Source: Candidatus Magasanikbacteria bacterium RIFOXYD1_FULL_40_23 (GTDB taxonomy: Bacteria > Patescibacteriota > Patescibacteriia > Magasanikbacterales > GWA2-37-8). From it: a DNA stretch of 60,160 bases. Location of the stretch: the NCBI GenBank assembly GCA_001783215.1, contig MFRA01000001.1, forward strand, positions 1 through 60,160. Direction: 5' to 3'. Each line of letters starts with the position of its first letter. Within the stretch, counting starts at the first letter, position 1. Shown here piece after piece: positions 1 to 6,610 of this stretch. Both the position numbers and the translations under genes were made by a program. A model generated the notes under the pieces. It had not been told where the DNA came from. It made no database searches and saw only the letters and a list, made by a program, of their open reading frames with translations.

Positions 1-137
1 CGAGTTCAGGGCAGAAGTGAGTGGTGAGTCCTGTCTGGCTCCGAACAGTTCCACCGTGAGCGATTCTTTCCGCCGCTTTCTACTAAAGAAAGCGGCAAGA
101 AGAGATGTTGTAACGGGTGTGAGTAATAGCTCTTAAC

Positions 138-166
138 TTGACAAATGGCTTATTTTGTAGTATATT
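138..166 (+). promoter_or_regulatory. sigma70-like promoter upstream of typA
   Basis: TTGACA (138-143), 17-nt spacer, TATATT (161-166). A leader hairpin attctgcc/ggcagaat follows before ATG 218. Confidence 0.55.
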
Positions 167-217
167 GCCTACGCATTCTGCCGCGATTTGGCAGAATTTT
201 AAATTAGAAACACTTGT

Positions 218-2023
218 ATGAATATTAGAAATGTTGCAATCATCGCCCACGTAGACCACGGCAAAACCACTTTGGTGGATGCTTTGTTGCGCCAATCCAA
301 AACTAAGCTTTCCAAAGAGCAAGATAGTCAAATTACTATTATGGATAGTAATGATTTGGAACGTGAACGCGGTATTACTATTTTTTCCAAAAATGCTTCG
401 GTAGAATGGAAAGATACAAAAATAAATATTATTGATACTCCGGGCCACGCCGATTTTGGTGGGGAAGTAGAAAGAGTTTTAAAACTAGCCGACGGCTGTT
501 TGCTTTTGGTAGATGCCAAAGAAGGTCCGATGCCGCAAACCAGATTTGTGCTCAAAAAAGCTTTGCAAATGGGGCACAAAGTAATTGTAGTTATAAACAA
601 AATTGATAAACCAGGAGCCAGACCAAATTGGGTGCTGGACAAAACCTTTGATTTATTTGTGGAGCTTGGAGCTAGTGATGAAGTTGCTGAATTTCCAGTT
701 ATTTATGCTTCTGCCAAAAACGGCAAAGCCGGCCTGGCTCCAGATCTAGAAGCGATGACCGACATTACTCCTGTTTTTGATACTGTTTTAAAATTTATTC
801 CTGAGCCAAAAGTAGATGTAGCCGCACCGTTGCAAATTCTTATTACCACTATTACTGGAGATAATTTTAAAGGAAGAATTGCTACCGGTAGAATTTATAA
901 CGGCACAATCAAAACTGGTCAAGATATAATGCATATAAACAGAGAAGGTGTAATGAAAAAATGTCGCGTTATGGCGTTGATGACATTTTTTGGTCTAGAA
1001 AGAATAGAAGTAAAAGAAGCATACGCCGGAGATGTAGTTGCAATAGCGGGTATCGGTGATGTAAATATTGGTGAAACTATCGCCGATATTGCTAACCCAA
1101 TTGCTTTGCCACTTCTTACTATAGAAGAACCAACTGTTAAAATGACTTTTAGTGTAAATAATTCTCCATTTGCCGGTAAAGAAGGGGAGTATACGACTTC
1201 CAGACAGATTCGCGATAGATTGTTCAAAGAATTAGAAACAGACATGGCTCTAAAAGTAGATGACGGCACAGAAGGTAATTGGATTATTTCTGGACGTGGT
1301 GAATTGCATTTGGCCATTCTTATCGAACGTCTTCGTCGAGAAGGATTTGAATTTCAAGTTTCTCGTCCGCAAGTTATTATAAAAGAAATTGATGGTCAAA
1401 AAATGACACCGTATGAGCAGGTATTTATAGAGGTGCCAGAAGCTCATTCTGGAGCTGTAATTCAAAAATTGGGTAGTCGTCACGGAGAGCTGCGCGAAAT
1501 GAGAACCGAAAATGGTATAGTTTTCCTAGAGTTTATTATTCCAACTCGTGGGTTGTTTGGTTATCGTACAGAATTTTTAACCGACACCAGAGGTTTGGGT
1601 ATTATAAATACTATCTTCTTCAATTATATGCCAGATCCAGCCAACTGGCGTGAACGTGAACAAGGATCGCTTGTGGCTCATGAAACGGGTACAAGTAATC
1701 TGTATGGTCTTCTTAATATTCAAGACAGAGGTGTTTTGTTTATTGGCCCTGCTGTACAGGTATATAAAGGCCAGGTAGTGGGGCAGAACGCTCGCAGTGA
1801 AGATATAAGTGTAAATGTCTGTAAAGAAAAAGCACTTTCTAACATGCGTTCCAAAGGTGATGGTGTTAGTGAATATTTTAAAGCGCCAAAAGTTATGGGA
1901 TTAGAAGATGCTTTGGAATATATTGGTGATGATGAACTTGTAGAAATTACTCCAAAAAGTATTCGTATTAGAAAAACAATCTTGGACGAAAACGAAGCCA
2001 AGAAAAAAGCTAGGGGAATGTAA
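218..2023 (+). CDS. typA: translational GTPase TypA/BipA
   Basis: 601 aa. G-domain motifs AHVDHGKTT, DTPGHADF, NKID. Full-length BipA-like architecture. Confidence 0.95.
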   Translation: MNIRNVAIIAHVDHGKTTLVDALLRQSKTKLSKEQDSQITIMDSNDLERERGITIFSKNASVEWKDTKINIIDTPGHADFGGEVERVLKLADGCLLLVDAKEGPMPQTRFVLKKALQMGHKVIVVINKIDKPGARPNWVLDKTFDLFVELGASDEVAEFPVIYASAKNGKAGLAPDLEAMTDITPVFDTVLKFIPEPKVDVAAPLQILITTITGDNFKGRIATGRIYNGTIKTGQDIMHINREGVMKKCRVMALMTFFGLERIEVKEAYAGDVVAIAGIGDVNIGETIADIANPIALPLLTIEEPTVKMTFSVNNSPFAGKEGEYTTSRQIRDRLFKELETDMALKVDDGTEGNWIISGRGELHLAILIERLRREGFEFQVSRPQVIIKEIDGQKMTPYEQVFIEVPEAHSGAVIQKLGSRHGELREMRTENGIVFLEFIIPTRGLFGYRTEFLTDTRGLGIINTIFFNYMPDPANWREREQGSLVAHETGTSNLYGLLNIQDRGVLFIGPAVQVYKGQVVGQNARSEDISVNVCKEKALSNMRSKGDGVSEYFKAPKVMGLEDALEYIGDDELVEITPKSIRIRKTILDENEAKKKARGM

Positions 2024-2074
2024 TCTGTAGATTGACCACGGTCATAATTTTTGTTAAAATTTTTTAACAAGTAT

Positions 2075-2146
2075 GGCCCCATCGTCTATCAGTTAGGACA
2101 CGACCTTCTCAAGGTTGAGAGACGGGTGCGATTCCCGTTGGGGCTA
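2075..2146 (+). tRNA. tRNA-Glu (anticodon CTC), no encoded CCA
   Basis: Cloverleaf by hand: acceptor GGCCCCA/TGGGGCT, D-arm GTCT..AGGAC, anticodon stem CGACC/GGTTG with loop TTCTCAA, T-stem ACGGG/CCCGT. The T-loop is TGCGATT (G at position 55), which is non-canonical. Confidence 0.78.
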
Positions 2147-2185
2147 CAAATAAAAAAGATACCAATTCGGTATCTTTTTTATTTG
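2147..2185 (+). terminator. rho-independent terminator after tRNA-Glu
   Basis: caaataaaaaagatacc / ggtatcttttttatttg hairpin with T-run. Confidence 0.7.
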
Positions 2186-2188
2186 TTT

Positions 2189-2352
2189 GGGCTCCCCAAC
2201 GGGAATCGCAGGGAAAGGGTGAAAACGGGAGTTTTCACTTTGCTGAGGAAAGTCCACGAAAACCAGACCGCGTGCCGCCATAGCTTTAGCGGTGGAGCAA
2301 GGTTTTCGTGAGAGTCCGCTTTGCGGACGAGTGATGCCCTTGTTGGGGCTAC
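2189..2352 (+). ncRNA. candidate structured RNA of unknown class (RNase-P-like GAGGAAAGUCC box, too short for rnpB)
   Basis: Closing stem 2194-2200/2342-2348. Hairpins 2219-2238, 2255-2264/2301-2310 and 2314-2328. Box at 2245-2255. Own terminator downstream. No plausible ORF. Confidence 0.35.
2194..2210 (-). repeat. perfect inverted copy of the tRNA-Glu T-arm/acceptor 3' segment
   Basis: ccccaacgggaatcgca is the reverse complement of tgcgattcccgttgggg at 2127-2143 (17/17). Confidence 0.85.
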
Positions 2353-2360
2353 CAATAAAA
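2334..2360 (+). repeat. direct diverged copy of the tRNA-Glu 3' end plus flanking AATAAAA
   Basis: atgcccttgttggggctaccaataaaa versus attcccgttggggctacaaataaaa at 2131-2155. Confidence 0.7.
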
Positions 2361-2382
2361 TCCGCTACATTCAGCGGATTTT
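2357..2382 (+). terminator. hairpin terminator after the RNA candidate
   Basis: aaaatccgct-acattc-agcggatttt. Confidence 0.55.
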
Positions 2383-2395
2383 ATAATTTAGAATA

Positions 2396-2424
2396 TTGAC
2401 ATTTTAATATAAAAGTGCTAATCT
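2396..2424 (+). promoter_or_regulatory. sigma70-like promoter of the GNAT-ASCH gene
   Basis: TTGACA (2396-2401), 17 nt, TAATCT (2419-2424) with TGC just upstream. About 90 nt of leader with hairpins. Confidence 0.6.
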
Positions 2425-2515
2425 CGTCCTACCTATTTTGCCAGAAACGGCATAACGGGTATGTTTTGCTCAAAGCATGGAATGGTTCCGTGCTTAGCAA
2501 AACTCAGGAGAAGCC

Positions 2516-3847
2516 ATGTTGGAACGCAGGATCAGAGAAGCGAGACAGAACGACTTTCAGTTTGTATCGGACATTATGGATGCGGCGTTAGCGCCGTATT
2601 ATGATGGCGACCATCGTGCGCACGCGTCGCGTATCTTTTGGACACACATTAGTGGTGGGAAGGACAGTGTCGGGCACTTCTCGGAAGAGCAGAAGATGTT
2701 CATTATCGAGGAGGGGAACACTCGTATCGGAATAATCAATGTCGTTGGTAAACGGCAAGGAACATGGAAGATTAGCCCGCTCATCATCGCTAATGATTTT
2801 CAAGGGAAAGCTGGTTGTGGTAGTGAGCTCCTTGCTTTTGCGGAACGGTATATTCGCGAGCGTGGGGCTAGGCAGGCATACTGTACAGTGGCAGAACAGA
2901 ATCGCTCTGCACTGGCTTTCTTTTATCGGAAAGGGTACGTATATGCTGGTCGTTCGGTTAGTCATTACAAGCCGGGCGTAACCGAGATTATGCTTTACAA
3001 ACTTTTCTACTCTAACGAGGATGAAGAGCGTATTGACAGAGCTAGCATCTCTGTGGTTCCGTTCGAGGAACGATATCGTGAGGGCGTTTATCGAGTGATT
3101 CTCAATAGTGATTTACCCAAGTATTTTCGTGGGGTGGATCGGTCTTGGGTCGATGCGCTTTTTACTGGCTACGAAAGGCGTGATACAGGTGAGGTGAATC
3201 AGAAGTACAAGCTTATCTATGTTGCTGTCGATCGTGCTGGTGAAGTCTTGGGTGTGGCTGGTGTTACGCCGAAAAAGGGTCAGCCAATTAAGATTATGCC
3301 ATGCGCGGCTAGCAACCCTCAGGCTTTTGCGGCGTTGATTGCTGATCTACCTCAGCATTTGCGACAGTTTGGTAGAAAGCTGTACACACATATCGTGCCA
3401 TCAGTTGAGGAAACTGTCGTTCTACAGCGTATGGGATGGTCACTTGATGCAATGATGCCCGGTGCATACCACGAAAATTATTGTACCCAACAGTGGGGGA
3501 ACAATATGGAGGACAACACGATGCGAACTTTGCGGGTGAAGAATCGGTTTTTTAACGAGATCATGTCACGGCGTAAGACCCTCGAAGTGCGGGTAGCTTA
3601 TGCAAATATCAAGAGTATTCGTGTGGGTGAAAACATTCAGCTGCTCACCGGCGCTAATTCAGGAATTGTTCGAGTGCGAGCTGTTCGTACTTACACTACC
3701 TTTGAGTTAATGCTCTCGGCGGAGGATTCTAGCAAGGTCCTGCCAGGCATGGATAAGCCAGAAGCGCTGAGCTTGCTACGAGGTATCTACCCAGCCGACA
3801 AGGAAAGGCTGGGTGTGGTGGTGCTCGACATCGAGCCAGTGCGATAA
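2516..3847 (+). CDS. GNAT acetyltransferase / second degenerate GNAT-like module / C-terminal ASCH domain fusion protein (GC-rich cassette)
   Basis: 443 aa. AGGAG SD at 2506-2510. N-terminal GNAT with acetyl-CoA motif FQGKAGCGSELL. C-terminal ~105 aa (from about 3524) matches the ASCH pattern (LRVKNRFFNEIMSRRKTLEVR...VGENI...GVVVLDIE). Confidence 0.8.
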   Translation: MLERRIREARQNDFQFVSDIMDAALAPYYDGDHRAHASRIFWTHISGGKDSVGHFSEEQKMFIIEEGNTRIGIINVVGKRQGTWKISPLIIANDFQGKAGCGSELLAFAERYIRERGARQAYCTVAEQNRSALAFFYRKGYVYAGRSVSHYKPGVTEIMLYKLFYSNEDEERIDRASISVVPFEERYREGVYRVILNSDLPKYFRGVDRSWVDALFTGYERRDTGEVNQKYKLIYVAVDRAGEVLGVAGVTPKKGQPIKIMPCAASNPQAFAALIADLPQHLRQFGRKLYTHIVPSVEETVVLQRMGWSLDAMMPGAYHENYCTQQWGNNMEDNTMRTLRVKNRFFNEIMSRRKTLEVRVAYANIKSIRVGENIQLLTGANSGIVRVRAVRTYTTFELMLSAEDSSKVLPGMDKPEALSLLRGIYPADKERLGVVVLDIEPVR

Positions 3848-3895
3848 GAGTAGTTCGAGTGCGGTCGACCAAATTGTAGGAACGCAAAAGAAAGA

Positions 3896-3926
3896 TCTGG
3901 AGCCCGCACGCTCCAGACCTATTTTT
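3896..3926 (+). terminator. GC-rich stem terminator of the GNAT-ASCH cassette
   Basis: tctggagc-ccgcac-gctccaga followed by cctattttt. Confidence 0.7.
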
Positions 3927-3978
3927 ACTTCAAAAATTGTTTTGGGTTGAAAATAGATATATAATTAGTAATAAATAT

Positions 3979-4311
3979 ATGAATACTTTTGATATAAACG
4001 TACAGGAACCATATTTTAGCAGTATTCTTTCTGGAAAAAAAACTGTAGAAGGCCGTTTAAATAAGGGTAAGTTTTTAGATATTCAAGTTGGTGATATTTT
4101 AAAAATAAACAATGAAGTTGAGTATAAAGTGGTGGAAAAAAACTCTTACAAAAATTTTAGAGAGATGATAGAAGCGGAAGGTTTGAGTAATGTTATACCG
4201 GATAAAAAAACAGTAGAAGAGGCTGTTGCGGTTTATTACAAATTTTATACTAAGGAAGACGAATTGAAATATGGGGTTGTTGGAGTAAAGATTGTTAGAC
4301 CTTTAGTTTAA
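3979..4311 (+). CDS. stand-alone ASCH domain protein (native low-GC composition)
   Basis: 110 aa from ATG 3979 (the track start 3937 is a TTG). Pattern QEPYFSSILSGKKTVEGRLNKGKF..VGDIL...GVVGVKIV is typical of ASCH/PUA-like barrels. Confidence 0.75.
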   Translation: MNTFDINVQEPYFSSILSGKKTVEGRLNKGKFLDIQVGDILKINNEVEYKVVEKNSYKNFREMIEAEGLSNVIPDKKTVEEAVAVYYKFYTKEDELKYGVVGVKIVRPLV

Positions 4312-4367
4312 ATGCAGTCTTGCTCCGTATCTTTAATTTTTATTATAAATCGTTTTAACAGTTTATC

Positions 4368-4388
4368 GCTTGGGCTACAAAATAAAAA
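4368..4388 (+). repeat. third, shorter direct copy of the tRNA-Glu 3' end motif
   Basis: gcttgggctacaaaataaaaa versus gttggggctacaaataaaaa. It again abuts a terminator hairpin. Confidence 0.5.
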
Positions 4389-4418
4389 CAGGCAAGAAAA
4401 TGCCTGTTTTTATTTTGT
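4377..4418 (+). terminator. rho-independent terminator
   Basis: acaaaataaaaacaggca-agaaaa-tgcctgtttttattttgt. Confidence 0.75.
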
Positions 4419-4427
4419 TTAAAACCG

Positions 4428-4456
4428 TTGACTTTTAATAAAAAAATTGCTAGTTT
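4428..4456 (+). promoter_or_regulatory. sigma70-like promoter of the kinase cassette
   Basis: TTGACT (4428-4433), 17 nt, TAGTTT (4451-4456) preceded by TGC. Layout is very similar to the promoter at 2396. Confidence 0.5.
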
Positions 4457-4490
4457 AAATCCCTGAACCTTGACAACAAAGGAGCCGCAA

Positions 4491-5402
4491 ATGAAAACGC
4501 TCAGCGATTGGAAGGGTCGCTTGATCGTTGGCCGTTACGAGCTGAGAGAGCATATCAACACAAGTGAGATGAGTTGTGTGTTCAAGGCTTGGGATTGCCA
4601 AGGTAAATGGGAGGTGATTGTAAAAATTGCCATTAATAGTTCTAGGTTTGATGATCGGGTAACTCGGCTAAAGCGCGAAACCGAAGCTCTTCGAACGCTT
4701 AAGCATCCGGCCATCGTGCGTTTGCTCGACTCTGGCCAAATCGACAGACTGTCATACTTCTTGGTGTTGGAATATATACAGGGTAACGATTTGCAGATGG
4801 CTCTTGAGCTCTTTCGTTACTTTTCTATCGATGAGTCTATCTCGGTGTTAGTGCAGGTGCTAGAAGCTCTGCATGAGGCGCATAAAAAAAATATGATTCA
4901 TCGCGATGTAAAATCTGCCAATATAATGATTGCTCCGGATGGAGTTAAGCTCGTCGATTTTGGTCTGGTGAAGTTTGACCCAGACTATAATCCTCTTAGA
5001 AAACCAACGGCCACTGGAAATATGGTTGGTACGAGGCTGTATGCTTCGCCCGAGCAAGCCATGGGTACTGGTAGGTATGATTGTCGTTCGGATCTATACT
5101 CTTGCGGAGTTGTTTTGTATGAAATCCTTACCCGTTCGTTGCCGTTTTACGAAATGGATGAGGATTCAGAAGAATGGGAGGATTATTGGAATCATCTGCG
5201 TCCATTTTCAAAAATATATAGCATCCCAAAAAAGGTGCAAGCAATCGTTTGGAAGGCGCTGTCCGTAGATCCAGATTTACGCTATCAAACCGCCGAAGAG
5301 ATGCGGGTCGCGCTATTGGCAGCAAGACCGTTCTCGTTGAGGCGGTTTGTCAAAGGGTTGTTGTCAAAGGCCCGGAGATATTGGAGGTGGTTTTGGGAAT
5401 AG
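4491..5402 (+). CDS. Hanks-type Ser/Thr protein kinase, kinase domain only with a basic/aromatic C-terminal tail (GC-rich cassette)
   Basis: 303 aa from ATG 4491 with AAGGAG at 4479-4484. VIVKI lysine, HRDVKSANIM catalytic loop, DFG, SPEQ (APE-like). Confidence 0.9.
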   Translation: MKTLSDWKGRLIVGRYELREHINTSEMSCVFKAWDCQGKWEVIVKIAINSSRFDDRVTRLKRETEALRTLKHPAIVRLLDSGQIDRLSYFLVLEYIQGNDLQMALELFRYFSIDESISVLVQVLEALHEAHKKNMIHRDVKSANIMIAPDGVKLVDFGLVKFDPDYNPLRKPTATGNMVGTRLYASPEQAMGTGRYDCRSDLYSCGVVLYEILTRSLPFYEMDEDSEEWEDYWNHLRPFSKIYSIPKKVQAIVWKALSVDPDLRYQTAEEMRVALLAARPFSLRRFVKGLLSKARRYWRWFWE

Positions 5403-5409
5403 TTATTAC

Positions 5410-5443
5410 GAGTCGTCTGCTATCACAGGCGACTCTTATTTTT
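5410..5443 (+). terminator. terminator of the kinase cassette
   Basis: gagtcgtct...aggcgactc stem followed by ttattttt. Confidence 0.65.
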
Positions 5444-5554
5444 GAAATGAGCGAGTGAAATAGCAGGTGAGGTATTTATAATCGCTTGTGAGTTATAAAT
5501 ATTGAACCTGGATATTTCCGAACGAATGAGAAAATATGTGGCTTTAGCCCATAT
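5444..5554 (+). repeat. intergenic repeat family 2, copy A
   Basis: GAGCGAG..TATTTATAA-N-TTATAAATA..CGAACGAATGAG..ATATGTGGCTTTAGCCCATAT. Near-identical to 51683-51861. Confidence 0.8.
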
Positions 5555-5620
5555 TTTTGGACTAACCGTCACTTTACCTTTGACATTGCTATAAAAATCT
5601 GGCATTGTATGTGAACCGTT

Positions 5621-6595
5621 ATGCAAACTGGATTTTGGAAAAAATTGAAAAAACCAATCTTTACTCTGGCGCCAATGGCCAATGTCACCGACGCTGCTTT
5701 TCGGCGCATAATTGCCAAATATGGCAAACCAGATGTAATGTGGACCGAATTTGTTTCCTGTGATGGACTAGTATCTAGAGGCAAAGACAAATTACTGATA
5801 GATTTTATGTATACAGAAAGCGAGCGGCCAATCGTGGCGCAAATTTTTGGTTCCAAACCAGAAAATTTTTATAAAACAGCTTTGCTTATACAGGAACTTG
5901 GGTTTGATGGTATAGATATAAATATGGGTTGCCCGGATAGAAATGTAGAAAAACAAGGTGCAGGTGCTTGCTTAATGAAAAATCCGTTGCTGGCTCAAGA
6001 AATTATTCGCGCCACGCAGAAAGGCGCAGGCAAATTACCGGTGTCTGTAAAAACTCGTATTGGCTATAACAAAAATACATTATCCGAATGGTTGCCGTAT
6101 TTATTAGAAACAGGGGTGGCTGCTATTACAGTGCACGCGCGTACTCGCAAAGAGATGTCGCTAGTTCCAGCCAATTGGGATACAGTGCGTGATGCGGTGG
6201 TTATGCGTGATAAATATGATAACTCAGAAAATAAAACTCTTATTTTGGGAAATGGCGATGTAAAAGATTTGGCCGATGGGGAAGTAAAAATAAAAGCAAC
6301 GGGTGCAGATGGTGTAATGATTGGTCGTGGTATTTTTGGTAATCCCTGGTTGTTCAATAGAGATGTGGATGTAAATACTATTTCCATCAAAGAAAAATTA
6401 AGCGTAATGATAGAGCATACTTATATGTTTGAAAAAATATTGGGTGAGCACAAAAACTTCGATATTATGAAGAAGCATTACAAGGCCTATGTAAACGGTT
6501 TTGATGGTGCCAAAGAGCTTCGGATAAAGCTAATGGAAGGGGCGAAAACTGCTGCGGATGTAGAAAAAATAGTGATTGATTTTTTGAGGGTGTAG
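5621..6595 (+). CDS. dus: tRNA-dihydrouridine synthase
   Basis: 324 aa. LAPMANVTD, NMGCP catalytic Cys, TIM-barrel Dus pattern. Confidence 0.9.
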   Translation: MQTGFWKKLKKPIFTLAPMANVTDAAFRRIIAKYGKPDVMWTEFVSCDGLVSRGKDKLLIDFMYTESERPIVAQIFGSKPENFYKTALLIQELGFDGIDINMGCPDRNVEKQGAGACLMKNPLLAQEIIRATQKGAGKLPVSVKTRIGYNKNTLSEWLPYLLETGVAAITVHARTRKEMSLVPANWDTVRDAVVMRDKYDNSENKTLILGNGDVKDLADGEVKIKATGADGVMIGRGIFGNPWLFNRDVDVNTISIKEKLSVMIEHTYMFEKILGEHKNFDIMKKHYKAYVNGFDGAKELRIKLMEGAKTAADVEKIVIDFLRV

Positions 6596-6610
6596 GTATA
6601 TATTAAAAGG

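Noticed and set aside
1-136. GC-richer left edge with a 10-bp hairpin (gccgctttct-actaa-agaaagcggc, 72-96). It could be the tail of another GC-rich cassette or of an RNA gene.
   Set aside because: Truncated by the window edge. One forward frame is open to 136 and another stops at 27, with no start or motif visible. It cannot be assigned.
83-1483. Minus-strand ORFs 83-448, 328-642, 919-1317 and 1250-1483 from the six-frame track.
   Set aside because: They lie entirely within, or antisense to, the well-supported typA gene and have low-complexity translations. These are shadow ORFs. The same applies to the other antisense ORFs inside dnaK, clp, pyrG, lepA and others.
2051-2311. 86-aa forward ORF.
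   Set aside because: It runs through the tRNA-Glu gene, its terminator and the structured RNA candidate. Not coding.
2243-2330. Hammerhead-like CUGAGGA core (2243-2249) followed by helices and GUC triplets.
   Set aside because: Five extra nucleotides separate the box from the only strong helix, and no GAAA follows that helix. The hammerhead core geometry is not satisfied.
2189-2352. Calling this element a bona fide RNase P RNA (rnpB).
   Set aside because: Only the GAGGAAAGUCC box and a GGAGCAAGG-like stretch match. There is no 3' strand for P4 and no ACAGAA-type CR-V, and the length is about 165 nt versus 300 nt or more for bacterial RNase P. It is kept only as an unknown structured RNA candidate.
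4470-4490. Upstream TTG start for the kinase. Similar extended track starts occur at 3937, 27659, 44309, 46438, 48063, 49538 and 57396, and at 29577 and 58988 on the minus strand.
   Set aside because: In each case the extension begins inside a promoter box, a leader or a neighbouring gene. A downstream ATG or GTG with an SD, or a conserved N-terminus (MraZ MFIGEYNH, YbaB MSVFSKL), fits better.
2147-5443. Calling the tRNA-linked region an integrative element or prophage remnant.
   Set aside because: There is no integrase, excisionase or phage gene, and the direct repeats are short and partly terminator-like. It is reported as an observation, not annotated as a mobile element.
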